Shown: positions 1-13,695 of the stretch, piece after piece | How positions within the stretch are numbered: position 1 is the first letter of the stretch | How the letters are laid out: each line of letters starts with the position of its first letter | Source: Octopus vulgaris | Taxonomy: Eukaryota | DNA length: 64,000 nt | NCBI GenBank assembly: GCA_951406725.2 | Contig: OX597827.1 | Location: forward strand, 29,202,001 to 29,266,000 | Direction: 5' to 3' | The notes under the pieces: generated by a model | Told to the model about the DNA's origin: nothing | The model's database searches: none | The model's input: only the letters and a program-made list of their open reading frames with translations | Made by a program: the position numbers and the translations under genes

Positions 1-356
1 ATGATTATATAATATTTTTCACTATTATAACAAATTTAATTTAATTCTCTGAAGAGGCCGTGGGGCATCCTTGTTAATGCCTCATTTATACCTGCCTTTA
101 TGGCTTATAGGTTAAATGAGGTATGACTGTCCTCACTGCCGAAACAGCTGTCAGTTTTGATTTATTTGCATATTATATTTGAAATTTTTTACTTATATCT
201 CTTTATCTTTTTACTTTTACTATTACTGTATATCTCATTTCATTTTATATATTGCCTTTACTCATATGTAATGGTGTATTAAAGTATGGATTGAGTATCA
301 TCGGATAGTTGATGTTTTACTGATTTAAGTATCTTTCTCCATTCTCTAATTTTGTA

Positions 357-358
<2 letters not shown>
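1..358 (+). mobile_element. 3' pseudo-LTR fragment of a Penelope-like element (same family as 16683-22453), running off the window start
   Basis: 1-358 is nearly identical to 21939-22277, contains the same hammerhead motif and ends in (AT)n. Confidence 0.9.
47..154 (+). ncRNA. Type I hammerhead ribozyme with long stem II
   Basis: CTGAAGA(49-55) GGC...GCC GAAAC(141-145) AGCT GTC(150-152). Stem III is the palindrome ACAGCTGT; stem I is short (CT/AG plus a distal helix). Confidence 0.75.
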
Positions 359-396
<38 letters not shown>

Positions 397-998
397 GTTT
401 GTATATAGCAAGCGATTATCCCAAAATGATTACCGATTTGCTCTCAGTTAGGTAGTCAAAGTATGTTGTTCAACAGCTAACATATAAATCCAGTAAAGTA
501 CTTATAAGACAAGAAATTAGAGGAATATTCGGTTGGATAATTCTGAATATATTTCCTTAGCCATATAGGTTTCCTGGAGTATAAATATTAATAATATATA
601 CCGCCTTACATAGACCAACACGTGTTTCAATAATATATATATATAAACATAAACTTCATATAATCAAGATAGCCTTGGCCTGACGAGTAACCTTCGGTAT
701 ACACCTCGCTTGGTCATGTAGCAGTTCCGAGGTTCCGCTCGTTATAATATATATGTAGCTCTGATCTTCTCTACTCAATTTTTTAATTCTTGTATTCTTA
801 TTCGCATACCTGACAACCCAGGCTGACTGCCGTGAAATATATAAAAAAAATAATTTCAGCTTAACGTTCTTCGATAAGAAAAATCCACAACCTTCCGCCT
901 CAGTAAACCACTATTGTTGCTGAAAGTTCTTTTTCATATTTTTTACGGATTGCTTGAAGCTAACTTTCTTCCTACACCTCGATCTTTGGATCATACTT

Positions 999-1049
<51 letters not shown>

Positions 1050-1051
<2 letters not shown>

Positions 1052-1368
1052 CGTGATCACCGTGACCGACTAGGCTATCAGATGTTGCTGCACATCACTG
1101 GTCACAATGCGCTTCGCATTGTTTTAGCCTTCAAATGACGCAACCCCGCTGGCCAACAGAAGAAAGAGTGAGAGAGAGTTGTGGCGAAAGAGTACAGCAG
1201 GGACCGCCACCACCACCCTGCCGGAGCTTCGTGGAGCTTTAGGTGTTTTTTCGCTCAATAAACACTCACAACGCCCGGTCTGGGAATCGAAACTGCGATT
1301 TTACGACCGCGAGTCTGCTGCCCTAACCAGTGGGCAGCGGACTCGCGGTCGTAGGATCGCGGTTTCGA
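1050..1368 (-). mobile_element. tRNA-derived SINE with an inverted duplicate of its head
   Basis: The minus strand reads TGGTTAGGGCAGCAGACTCGCGGTCGTAAAATCGCAGTTTCGATTCC (A/B-box-like). 1328-1368 is an inverted copy of that head. Flanked by (AT)n. Confidence 0.6.
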
Positions 1369-1685
1369 TTATATATATATAGATATATATAGACGGGAAA
1401 GGATGACTTCCCTTTGCAAATACTGACAGGACACAGAAAGTGTGTCTATGGCCAGCTGGAGGAGTGTGTCCTCCTGGGGCTAAAAACTACAGTAGCATCC
1501 ACCCTTAGGGGTAGCCATATTGAGATGGCAAATATACGTCACGATGTGTTACCGCTACTGTATATAACTCACTTTGATATTTATCATTGTTTGATTTCAC
1601 TTTTTCAATATCAGCGACAGTGGACGCTGGAAAAAGTATAAGTATTTGTGAAGGAAATCTAATTCTCGCCGACAACTATGATTGT

Positions 1686-1730
1686 CACACGCTGACGAGA
1701 GGTCAATACCTCGAAACTCGAGTCCGTGTG
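1686..1730 (+). ncRNA. Minimal type I hammerhead ribozyme
   Basis: CACACG-CTGACGA-GAGGT caat ACCTC-GAAAC-TCGA-GTC^-CGTGTG. Stems I and II are perfect; stem III is the palindrome ACTCGAGT. Predicted cleavage after 1724. Confidence 0.92.
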
Positions 1731-2037
1731 TATCATAAGTTGAAGACGGGAAGGATGACTTCCCTTTGCAAATACTGACAGGACACAGAAAGTGTGTCTA
1801 TGGCCAGCTGGAGGAGTGTGTCCTCCTGGGGCTAAAAACTACAGTAGCATCCACCCTTAGGGGTAGCCATATTGAGATGGCAAATATACGTCACGATGTG
1901 TTACCGCTACTGTATATAACTCACTTTGATATTTATCATTGTTTGATTTCACTTTTTCAATATCAGCGACAGTGGACGCTGGAAAAAGTATAAGTATTTG
2001 TGAAGGAAATCTAATTCTCGCCGACAACTATGATTGT

Positions 2038-2082
2038 TACACGCTGACGAGAGGTCAATACCTCGAAACTCGAGTCCGTGTG
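2038..2082 (+). ncRNA. Minimal type I hammerhead ribozyme (second copy)
   Basis: Same as 1686-1730 except one C>T in stem I, which gives a G-U wobble and keeps the pairing. Confidence 0.92.
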
Positions 2083-2245
2083 TATCATAAGTTGAAGACG
2101 GGAAGGATGACTTCCCTTTGCAAATACTGACAGGACACAGAAAGTGTGTCTATGGTCAGCTGGAGGAGTGTGTCCTCCTGAGGCTAAAAACTACAGTAGC
2201 ATCCACCCTTAGGGGTAGCCATATTGAGATGGCAAATATACGTCA

Positions 2246-2315
<70 letters not shown>

Positions 2316-3756
2316 TTCTATTGATTCACCAAGAAGCGATGAATTATAGAACCCAATACTGAAGTGGAGTGTATTCTTTAATATATTCTAACTGAAAGGC
2401 TCGTAATTGCAGTATTCTGCGTTGCATGTTTTCGCTACTCCAGCTGGTAATCCAAACATGTTTGCTCTTGGGTCATCTGTTGTTTTAGTATATTTTGAAA
2501 TCGAGGTAATAACACATGCACAAAATGGCTGTTTTAAGCTCAGGTTTTTGATATATTATTATTTTGGACAAACCCAAATATTAAGAATGAGATAGTTGAC
2601 TGAATTATCTAAAGTATGCAACTAAAAATATTTCCAGTATTTAACTTTATCTACGAGAGATGGTTTGCTAAAGCCCTGACGGAATATGAACTCAAAATTT
2701 AGAAACCAAACGAAAGTTTTTTAACTCTCTCCCTCCCGACATCGCTTAATGCACTCACGGCTAAAACAACATCCTAATTTACATTCAAATAATATAAATT
2801 GTAGGGGAAATATATCAAATCAACGTTTAAAAACTAAATTCCATATATGAGGCTCTGTAATGTAACTGTTTCTAATTCTTCCAGTTCACCGTATTTGGCT
2901 CAATTAATATTTTAATTTTAATTCAAATATTATGGATTAAAATGTTTCTAAGTTACATTTTGAAGCCTATGTACTAAAATAGTGTTATCTTTTGAACAGA
3001 CAGTTTTTACACGCAACTGTTTTCGGGAAGATATATTGCATTGAATTAATTATTAGTGTTTAATTCTCCGTGTAACGAAAGTTATAACTCAGCTAAAATA
3101 TAAATTACCTGAAAGGTCAGAAGTCGGAAAAACTGCAATATTTTGCAAGGGAATCATTTTCATATTGCGGTTTTTTGTTATTGTTCTTCTTCTTCCCGAT
3201 TTGATAACGTTGTGTCACAGTTCAATTTGCACAAATGAGGAACAAAAGAGAATCTGTTTTTGTTTTTCTTTTTTCACACCTGAAACGATTAAGAATATAT
3301 TTCCTATTAAATTTAACTGATCAGCCGCATATAATTCGTTAATGATTAAAACCGGGGATTGAGTGTAGCTTTTGGAGAAGTTCAAAGCAAATTCGTAATA
3401 AAAACGTATGCCACCCGATATAGTTTTGAAACAAATAAAGTTCAAAATCTTACTTTGACTCATTCGTATATTTTTAGGTGAGTGCAAAAAATGATTTCGA
3501 TGAACACAATTATATAATTGGTACTTGTTTTATTGAAATCTCTTTCAATGCTGAATTGAAATATGAATTAAGCTCGAAAATAATATGGTATTCAGAATAT
3601 GACAGGAGTTAACAACTAATTGCTATGGGATTCGATACACTGTTGTTATATAAACCATCGCCCTTAACATTTTGACAGCATAATAACCGTTATAGATGTA
3701 TTAAACCTATCTCATTTCTGTAAAATTGCAGATTGGTTTAGAATATGCTTTCATAT

Positions 3757-4695
3757 ATCTCGTCATCCCATAAGTTCTGTCCGATTTTACCTTTTTTAAA
3801 ATTGAATGAAATTTAATAGTATTTTAGAATGTCAAATGGAACTGAAAATTATTTTTATGCATTTGTGTACATTTAAACTAATTAAATATTATTTTACAGA
3901 ATAATAGAATTAAAATTTCTTTGATTAAAACCCTTTCTAACATGGAAGTATCCAAAGAGCATTTGAGGCACATAATGCTTTATGAGTACACAAAAGGAAA
4001 CTCTGTAGACGAAGCGACTCGAAACATACACTCAGTTTATGGGAAAGTATGCTTGAATGAAAGAACTTGCAGAAGATAGTTTGCAAAATTCAGAGGTGGA
4101 GATTTCAGTCTTGAAGATGAACATCTAACAGGACGTCCAGTTGAGTTCATGATAAGGTCCTTGAGGCATTACTTGAAGAAAATCCTGCATTATCAGTTGA
4201 AAAATTGGCAATAAAGCTTAGTTCAAACCATACAACTGTTCATCGTCATCTTCAAGAACTTGGAAAGTTTCCTAAACTTCGAAAATGGGTGCCTTATGAA
4301 CTGACCGAAAGCAACCGCAGATCCCGAGTTGACATCTGATCTTCTCTCCATTCTTGCGAAGTCATTTCACCCTTTTTGGATAGACTTGGGAGTGGTGAAG
4401 AAAAGTGGATATTCTATCGAAATGTTAAACGTCGTAAACAGTAGCTTGTTAAAAGGGGAAAAGCTCAACCACAACCGAGAAGGGAACTTCATGGAAAAAT
4501 AGATTCTTTTCTCTATTTAGTGGGATTGCAAAGGAGTAATTCACTTTGAATTGTTACCACCTAATGTAACAATCAATGCTCAAGTCTACTGTCAGCAATT
4601 AGAGCGTTTGAACCAAGCTTTGAAGGAAAAAAGACTCGCTTTAGTGAATCGAAAAGGTGTGATGTTTCATCAGGACAATGCGCGACCCCACACTG
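3757..4695 (+). mobile_element. Truncated, decayed mariner (Tc1/mariner) DNA transposon
   Basis: Transposase remnants from ATG 3942 (MEVSKEHLRHIML...; KWVPYELT; EEKWIFYRNVKR; VYCQQLERL...HQDNARPHTA) with stops and frameshifts. The 3' end is replaced by SINE sequence. The left boundary is approximate. Confidence 0.85.
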
Positions 4696-5066
4696 CTCCT
4701 ATTTTAAATCCTGGTACTTATTCTATCATTCCTGTTTATTGAATGGCTTAGTCACGGGGACGTAAGCAGACTAACACCGATTGTAAAGTGATGGTGGGTG
4801 ACGAACAAACACTCACACACTCACACATTTATATTACGATATCGACTACATTATTATACGTCGCTGGTCACAATGAACTTTTCATCGTTTATTCTTTCGA
4901 ATGACGCCACTCTCTTGCTAGGCGAGTGGGTCAGCAGACCCCTAAATCTGAGACTTACTCCATCGCAGGGTGTACCCATTTATCGCTGAGTGTACTGGAA
5001 CGACGTGAAATGAAGTGTTTTGCTCAATGAAACCCATTTTCCCAGTATTAAATATCACTGAACTGA

Positions 5067-5250
5067 GGCGGTGAGCTGGCAGAATAGTTAGCACGCCAGG
5101 CGGTTGTCTTTACGTTCTGAGTTCAAATTCCGCCGAGGTCGACTTTCATCCTTTCGGGGTCAATAAATTAAGTCCCAGTTGCGTACTGGGGTCGATCTAA
5201 CCACTGGCCCCTTCCCCAAAAATTTCGGGGCTTGAGCCTAGAGTAGAAAA
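5067..5250 (+). mobile_element. tRNA-derived SINE
   Basis: GGCGGTGAGCTGGCAGAATAGTTAG...GAGTTCAAATTCC (A/B boxes). Homologous to 56561-56778 and 12767-12944. Confidence 0.75.
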
Positions 5251-6499
5251 AACAAATTAAATGTCGCTGAACTATATTCTGATTAGCTCGTTATCGAGTA
5301 CGAATCTAAACTAACCAGTAATAATAATAGAGATTCAGGGACGAATGTCCGTTCGTCTGTCCACGAACCATTGCTTCTTAATCCAAACATACTTACAAGT
5401 ATTTGTATTGTTTCCTTCTATTTACAGAACATAAGCCAACACTAAATGGCATTCTTTTGAAACCACCTAACTACAATTTGTAGTAGGTGAGTGTGGTTTC
5501 TATGCTATATTGTTGCTTTGGATATGTTGATTGGTCGATATTCCACTTAACATTATAGGAAAGTTTGAGATTCTGTCAGAGCTTTTGCAAAACAAATGTC
5601 AAAGCATTGAACCTTCTTCATAGAAGAAATTCCAATGCAATGTTGTTATTGACTTTATGAGCCAAAGTTTACTATTTAATATTATTTCAGGTTCTTTATC
5701 TTCAAGTCAATCCTAACATAACATTTCCTGGTTGTTTTGCTATAGTTAAGGTTCTATTATGATTCAAACCCCACGTTATTAAAATACGAAACATTTTATT
5801 TGGATATCACTAAATAATTCTCCTGGAAAATCGCTATGAAGCTTTATTGCACTCTAACCAATCTTATTACAATTTTTATGGTTTACTCAGGGAAGTTAAG
5901 GCTGCATCGGCGACCTTTACACGATCCATGAGATGTGAAGAGACGTGTGAAAGACATCTCAATCAGGGCTGACACGGAGCTGAAACCTCATCGTTTAATG
6001 CAGTTGAAAACTGGGACATTAAAACATCTATTATATTAAGATTAGAGTCCTGACCTGAAAGTTCGAAAGAAATGGACAAATCTAAAGCAGTGGTCCCCAA
6101 ACTTGTTAATATCCGGGCCAGAGTCCAATCCTGGATGTTTTTAGAGGGCCACAGAAAAAGAAAATGACACAAGATAATTAAAGAAAAAAATGATCATGTT
6201 AATGGAGGGAATATTGTCGAGGGACAACGGAAAGATACTTGAAAATAGCATGGAGCCCTGGGAACTGCGGTTCAGAACGGCTTCTTTGACGGCATCCAAG
6301 GGACACACTAGAGGACTTCGTGCAGGTGACGTATCAAAACTACCTGTCAAAAGCAGTTTCAGTCAATCTTGGAGGGTGTTTCACACAGTTTCGCTTTCAC
6401 AGGCTGTTCCAGTTCATAAGTTGCTTAACACAAGACTAAGTTAGCAGACTTCATACTAAAGAGAAGCACTGAAGGAAAGAAATACCAGAATAATACACC

Positions 6500-6530
<31 letters not shown>

Positions 6531-6656
6531 ACGCATGTATACTCACATACATTCACACACTTGCACATATGCAAACACAAATACACATATATATGTGTCA
6601 TTTTACTCTTTTATTTTACTGGTTTCAGCACAGAGGCCATGCTGGAGCAGCGGCTT

Positions 6657-6930
6657 TCATTGTTTTGGGATCTCCTTTCGGTAGTGTTTTAGACGAAGAA
6701 GCGAGTTGGTCGAAGCTGCACTTCCCTGTGCCCCTCGCATCAATGTGAGCTCATCTGGGATTTGAGGTAGAAATTTTTCCGAGTGCCTTTTGAAAGTTTC
6801 CACATTTACACATTGCAGACCCCTCAGGTTCCTTGGCATGATGTTAAAGAGTTTTGGTCCCCTGGAACCCAAACTGCTGCTATAATGGGACATTATCTGA
6901 GATGGAGACAAGGCGCAGGCCTGGCTTTTA
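6657..6930 (-). mobile_element. 3' fragment of a CR1/L2-like LINE ORF2
   Basis: SLGSRGPKLFNIMPRNLR...VETFKRHSEKFLPQIPDE resembles CR1-group C-termini. Confidence 0.55.
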
Positions 6931-7404
6931 TGGAAAGAAGTTTGTATCGCAACCACATGGTTTTCCATTCAGCTCCACTGCGTGACATTCCAGCAATTTT
7001 TTTTTTACTATGGCCACGAGCCGACCGATGCCTTGTGAATGAATTAAGTAGGAGAAAACTGAAAGAAGGCCGTCGAATATATCTATATATGTCTATGTGT
7101 ATGTGCGTCTATGCGTACATGTGTGTTTGTGTGTGTGCGTGATTGTGTGCGTGTGTGTGTGTGCTTTGTGTTTTTCACCCACTATCATTTGTCAACGGGT
7201 ATAAGCGTGTTTGCGTCTCTGTAACTTAGCGGTTCGGCACAAAAAACCAATTGAATAAGCATCAGGCTTGCAAAAATACTGGGGTCAATTTCGTCGATTA
7301 AAGATTATTGAAGGCAGTGCTGCAGCATTGCCGCAGTCTAACGACTAAAACGATTAAAAGATAGAAGATATATATATACATATACATATATCCACACACA
7401 CACA

Positions 7405-7440
<36 letters not shown>

Positions 7441-7483
7441 TGTATGTATGTATGTATGTATGTATGTATATATCTTTTATCTC

Positions 7484-7856
7484 TTTTCTCTTTTATTTGT
7501 TTCAGTCATTTGACTGTGGCCATGCTGGAGCACCGCCTTTAGTCGAGCAAATCGACTCCAGTACTTATTCTTTGGAAGCCTAGTACTTATTCTTTGGGTC
7601 GCTTTTGCCGAACCACTAAGTTACGGGGACATAAACACACCAGCATCGGTTATCAAGCAATGTTTAGGGGGGGGCAAACACACAAACATATACACACACA
7701 CATATATATATACATATATACGGCGGGCTTCTTTCAGTTTCTGTCTACCAAATCCACTCACAAGGCTTTGGTGGGCCCGAGGCTATAGTAGAAGACACTT
7801 GCCTAGGGTGCCACGCAGTGGGAATGAACACAGAACCATCTGGTTCGTAAGCAAGC
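7484..7856 (-). mobile_element. Abundant SINE with internal (TA/TG)n
   Basis: Reverse-complement homolog of 8405-8852, 23467-23883 and 57157-57570. Confidence 0.8.
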
Positions 7857-7969
7857 TATTTTATTTCAAAAAAAGTTTGCCATAGAGGCATGATACAGAG
7901 TAGCTTGCCGGCTGGACAGAAACAAGCTACTGCTACGCCTATACACACACACACACACACGAACGCACG

Positions 7970-8043
<74 letters not shown>

Positions 8044-8404
8044 GCATGTATATATTCATATATATTAGGGTGGCTATTCGCAATTTAAAAACCAAAACGC
8101 ACAAGTACAATCGTCCCTAGAGTGACTAAGAGCGCAATTGAGCGCCAAAGTTGCTAGAAATAAGAGTCAAAACAACAACTCTTAGTCATGGCAAAACACT
8201 TATCTGTTGACGAGGCAGAACAACCTCCCTACAGCAAGTGAGGAGTGTCAGATCATCGATGACTTCGGATTGGATTAATCGTCGACAGTGACATTTACCC
8301 CGTTGTCTAGGGTTAAGCTGAACATTGCTTCTCAGTTTATAGAGTATATACTATAGGAATCGGTGACTGATTCGTTAAAATGGTTAAGTGAAAATTAAAA
8401 AGTA

Positions 8405-8612
8405 TTAGAGTGGGTGTGTGGTAAGTAGATTGGTTGCCAACCACATGGTTCCAGGTTCAGCCCCACTGTGTGATACCTTGGGCAAGGGTCTTCTACTATA
8501 GCCTCGAGCCGATCAAAGCCTTGCGAGTGGATTTAGTAGATGGAAACTGAAAGAGGCCTGTTGAATATATGTATGTATGTATATATATATATATGTGTGT
8601 ATGTGTGTGTGT

Positions 8613-8643
<31 letters not shown>

Positions 8644-8852
8644 CGTCTGTGTTTGTCCCCCCCCAACATCGCTTGACAACCGATGTTGGTGTGTTTATGT
8701 CACCATAACTTAGAAGTTCTGCAAATGAGACCGATAGAATAAGTACTAGGTTTACAAAGAATAAGTCCTGGTGTCGATTTGCTCGACTAGAGGCGGTGCT
8801 CCAGCATGGTCGCAGGCAGATGACTGAAACAAGTAAAAGAGTAAAGAGTAAA
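8405..8852 (+). mobile_element. Abundant tRNA-headed SINE with internal microsatellite and (AAGAGTA)n tail
   Basis: TGTGTGGTAAG...CCAGGTTCAGCCCC head and conserved body (AAGCCTTGYGAGTGGATTT; GCTTGACAACCGATG; GCTCCAGCATGG). Many copies in the window (also 6955-7370, 13435-13857, 14660-14895 minus, 48885-49065). Confidence 0.8.
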
Positions 8853-10568
8853 GCTTATTTGCCAACATAATGAGGCAGTCCTTGTTAGGACGCATGTTAC
8901 TGTTATTTAGCCTCCGGAAACATCGTCTTCAGCTGACTATCGACGAACTCTTTGCGTCCTTATATTTTCGAAGCCAGCTTCGTGTCCCACTCATCTCTAA
9001 AGCAATATCTGTGTACCAATGGTTTCTGGGTTATTCCTTTACAGACCTACACAGACATATATGTATTGATTCCTGATATAGTTAATTCATGTACGAAACA
9101 GCCATACTGTTAACATCACAATCTATGCTGGACTACAACCGAATCTATTTTAATGGATACGTTTACAAGTGTATTCAATTAGCAATCTTTAATGCTTAGA
9201 AAATGACCCCACAGAAATTGCGACATTTCCAGTTTGTACTTTAATATGCTTTTGTCAATATCATCAATAGATTTCATCGATTTCCTTTTTTTTTCTCATG
9301 TTTCTCTTTATACAATATTCTTCCTATTTTACGGCAAATGTAACGTATCGGAATATATGAAACCTTTTTGAAATATGAAACTGAAACATGTATCTGTTGC
9401 CGTTATTCAGTGACCACTTTCTCACCCGGTTCACTGATCGTTTATAACGCTGGCCAAAGTCGTTCCAACAATAACCTCCCTATTTAATTTATCGGCTCTC
9501 CTTTTTTAAGACGTTCGTATGTAAAATGCAAGACATGTATTGGTATTTCTAGCACACTAAACAAGCTAATAAGCTAGTTAATTTAATTCATCTTTAATTA
9601 TTTTTAAGAATTGCTATATCGCTTAATGAAATGCCTTGAAGCATTTTACATTCTAAGTTTAGATACTTCCTGGTTCGGCTGTCTCTTTTATCCTTCCGAA
9701 CTTCATTAAGGTTCCTCTGTAAATGCCTAAATTCTCTCTTTATTTAATTTATTCATTTCATGCTCTGCACTCAAATACTGATTGATTCGATTGAGTTTTT
9801 CCCCTCTCTCTCTGGTCTAGATATATGCAAATAAGCTCCAATTAATGGACTCGCTGATCTCTGGGATATGCACCCTGTCCAGCTGAATAATGTTACCCCA
9901 GACATCGTTCTGCCGAGCTGATCTTGTCAGAAATATTAGCAAACTTATTCTCACCCAAGAAACACTCATACTGTGTCTTAAATAAGAAGGACACATAGGG
10001 CAAAGTAAACTCTGATTGACAAACAATCAAGATGGTCACCATTTCAACATCTTTTATTACAAGTTTGCCTGATCGAGAATGATTTGACCGGTGGAGTGAA
10101 TGGGGGTAGGTGATAAACAGCGTCAACGTCACCAATAAACTTTTGTGGTATAGGGATCATTAATTTACAATCTGATTTCGAATGCTCCTAGGTTTTATAT
10201 CGACTTCAATGTTACGATCACAGTAAAAATATATTCTAAAGATAACTTTGTCTGTCCTTGTATTCCAGTAAGAATTCCTATCATAATTGGCCATCTGCTC
10301 TTTTCTGTGTTTTATTTGTCAGTCCTGGATTTCAAAAGAGAATTGCATTAAATACAAGGAAGTTGGACGCAACTGGAAAAATACGTTGTTGTATATCCTG
10401 CTTCTTGAAGCGACAGCTACACCTGCCATATAAACACTAAAAATTGCTGTCATGATTAATTACACCAATCTACGTATTTCAGGATTTTAATTATCATCGC
10501 AGGTTTCACTTCCAACAGAATAAAAGAAATTTATAAGATTACATGTTGCTCGGCGTTTCATCGTTCTA

Positions 10569-11844
10569 CGAGGGGCGTTCAATAAGTAATGCCCCTGACC
10601 CACTTGCAGTTGTTTGATCTAGCTGAAATTTTGCATGTGCACTTATTTATACCTCTACCTCTATAGATTAAGTGGCGAATTACAGCTCTGAACTAATTGT
10701 GGTTTCTGATTTACAGGTGTTTGAACTGAGTCAAGTGTGAAATGGAGCCTGTTGAGTGTCGAGCAGTGATCTGGTTTTTGTATTTGAAAGGACGCACACC
10801 ACGAGAGACTTTTGATGAAATGAAAGTAACTTATGGCGATGATGCCCCATCATATGACCTTGTAAAACGCTGGCATTGTGAATTCAAACATAGTCGGAAC
10901 TCTGAGGAAACAGCTCCCAGATCTGGTCGCCCCATTCTGCCGTTGATGAGACGTCTGTCCGTCAAGTTGAGGCTGCCATTTTGGAAGGTCAACGCATAAC
11001 TATTCGCCAAATAGCCCATAAGGTCAAGATTAGTATCGGGTCTGTGGAAACTATCATTCATGACCATTTGCATATGCAAAAGGTGTCTGCCTGATGGATT
11101 TCCAGGTTGCTCACACCTTTCCAGAAGCAAGAACGCGTTGAGTGCTCGAGGATGAATTTGGAGATGTGCCAAGAAGATGAGTCAAACTTTTTCAAAAGAC
11201 TGATCACACAGGATAAAACCTGGGTCCATCACTATGATCCAGAGACCAAAGCCCAGTCAATGCAGTGAAAGCACCGTGACTCACCTCCTCCAAAGAAGGC
11301 AAGGGTGCAGCCCTCCGCTGACAAGGTTATGCTCACAGTCTTCTGGGACCAGGACGGAGTAGTGATGACAGATTTCCTGGCAAAGGGTACCACAATTACA
11401 GGAGCCTATTATGCTTCACTTTTGAGGAAATTAAGAGTAGCTATCAAAATCAAGAGGCGGGGCAAGATCAGCAAAGGCATCCTCCTCCTGCAGGACAACG
11501 CTCCGGTCCACAACTCGCGTGTCGCCATATCAGAAGCACAGGCGTGCAGCTATAAACTCCTCCCCTTGCACCCTCTGATTTTCACCTCTTCCCAGCCATG
11601 AAGTTGATTTTGAAAGGAAAGCGTTTCCCAGATGATGCAGCCTTGATTTCTGAAGTCACGTCGTGGTTGGAGGACCAAGCTGGGTTCTTCTACAAAAACG
11701 GTCTCCAGAGCTGTATCAAACGATGGGAGAAATGCATAACTCTGGGTAGTTCCTATGTAGGAAAAGACTAATAACTGTGCCAAGTGTCGTTGCTCTACTG
11801 CTATGGGAAGTGGGTCAGGGGCATTACTTATTGAACGCCCCTCG
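10569..11844 (+). mobile_element. Full-length mariner transposon (irritans/Himar-like), 1276 bp
   Basis: Perfect 37-bp TIRs CGAGGGGCGTTCAATAAGTAATGCCCCTGACCCACTT with TA target duplications at 10567-68 and 11845-46. Confidence 0.95.
10742..11771 (+). pseudogene. Mariner DD34D transposase pseudogene
   Basis: MEPVECRAVI HTH; TQDKTWVHHYDPETK; KVMLTVFWD; LLQDNAPVH. It has internal stops and frameshifts, and the YSPDL part of the YSPDLAP motif is deleted. Confidence 0.9.
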
Positions 11845-12766
11845 TAGGTTCCCCAGTGTAAGATTCGACAAATGCTCCAAATCTGTAATGGTGATGTTAT
11901 TTGTTCTATATTTATATACGATCAAGCTGACCATTGTTGAAAAGCGCTCCGGCCATGACATTTTCGCATAATTCTTGTTCAGATACAATGTTCTTAGGAT
12001 TACGTAACCAGATGAGTGGAAAGCACTAGTTGACTACAAAGTAAATTATACCTATTTAAATTCATTTCAGTTCATTCCTCGTTGCCCAGATCCTAACTAT
12101 ATTAAAGAAACTGTCGCATGTAATAGGAAGAGAAATTCTTTGCAATGCCGAGCAGATATTTGGCCGTATATGTTTAAAGAGAAATACCATTATGCCATTT
12201 CCCGAAAATCAGAGAAAATATAAATATGTTGTAAGACTATTTATGATATGCTGAACAGGAGAAAGTCTGCAGAGAAGAAGCCCTGATCATGCGTGTCCTT
12301 CAGCCCTTGACTTTTTAGACTCTAGGGGTGGGGGCTGGACCGCTTCAAGCCATGACTTCTGTCTGTTGCTACATTCTGTACTACTGCCTACTACCTACTG
12401 TCTACCTTGCACATCTCCCGTGTGATTTAAATTCCCCTGAGTTAAGGTGCCAAGGGTGACTTAACCAAACGATTTGGAAGCACCATTAGGGTAAATTATG
12501 GCTACTGAAATTCATTTCATTCCTCATTGCCCAGGTCCAGCTGCTTCTTCTATTTCCTTAAGAGTTCTAGGACGCTTTCCCCCAGAAAATGAGAACCTGT
12601 TTCATGTGATTGAAGGAAGATTTGCCCAGAAAACCGCTCGTTCTCATCTTTATGACGAAAATTTCTTTTAGAAACGACTCCCTCTCAAACTGGCGGTTAG
12701 ACTAAAACACCTCATACAATTGTTCGGTTTTATTAACTAGAAGAACAAAACCTGAAATTCTGTGGG

Positions 12767-12944
12767 AGGCGACTCGCCGATTATATCGGTCCCAGTACCC
12801 AACTCGCACTTTCATTTACAAACCCCGAAAGGATAAAAGGCAAAGTCAATTTTGGCGAAATTTGAACACAAAACGTAAATCGCCTGGAGGAATGCCGCTA
12901 ATCATTTAATCCGACGCGATAACGATTGTGGCAGCTCGCCGCCT
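12767..12944 (-). mobile_element. tRNA-derived SINE (degenerate, same family as 5067-5250)
   Basis: The minus strand begins GGCGGCGAGCTGCCACAATCGTTATCGCGTCGG and retains TTTTATCCTTTCGGGGT. Confidence 0.65.
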
Positions 12945-13595
12945 TTCGGTTTTTTACAAAGGGAAATTATTGATTAAACAGTTAACGAAAATTTCGTTTT
13001 TTTTTTTGTCCTTCCGAACAGAAAACCATATATTTTTTAACGCATTTTACTAGACCTTAATTTAAGACTTGCCATTTTTTTGTAACAGATCACAACTACT
13101 TTTATAATTTGATGATTATGTTTAAAACAGGGCAGTTCCTACTGATCAATGATAAATTGGAATAACCATTGTTGGAACCAAAAAAGAATCTCATAACTTT
13201 AATCACACCATTACTATTTGAAATAGTCACTGACCTCTATTAGTGGAAATAATGTTTAGAGATAATTCCTCTATTCAACTTGTCAATGAGTTAAAAGGAC
13301 CGAATTGAAGTTAGTAATTTCCATGTTAAACCGATAAATTGTTTGGTTAACGCCACCGTTCAAATACAGCGTTTAATTCAATCATGAATCATTCAACGTC
13401 GATTCTCTTTGGAAATGTCCACTTTTTCAGGCACAGATATGGCTATATGGTAAGAAGCTTCCTTCCCAACATTATGGTTCCGGGTTCAGTGCTGTTGTGT
13501 GGAATCCTGAGCATGTGTCTTCCACTCTTCTACTATAGTCTCGGGGCCCACCAAAGCATTGTGAGTGGATTTGGTAGACGGAAATTGAAAGACTA

Positions 13596-13645
<50 letters not shown>

Positions 13646-13660
13646 ACAAACACACACGCA

Positions 13661-13695
<35 letters not shown>

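Larger units (their letters stand above)
1391..2248 (+). repeat. 352-bp head-to-tail tandem repeat (~2.4 units), candidate non-LTR retrozyme
   Basis: Units start at ~1391, 1744 and 2096 and are >99% identical. Each complete unit has one hammerhead. Both ends abut AT-repeat tracts. Confidence 0.9.

Noticed and set aside
620-845. HHR-like pieces: CTGACGA-GTAACCTTCGGTATAC (680), minus-strand GAAAC-ACGT-GTT (~620-630) and CTGACAA...GAAATATA (810)
   Set aside because: None has both core halves and stem I on one strand. Probably decayed or rearranged remnants.
1414-2324. Repeated 75-aa and 63-aa ORFs in the 352-bp repeat
   Set aside because: Non-ATG starts and no recognisable motifs; they recur only because the DNA is repeated.
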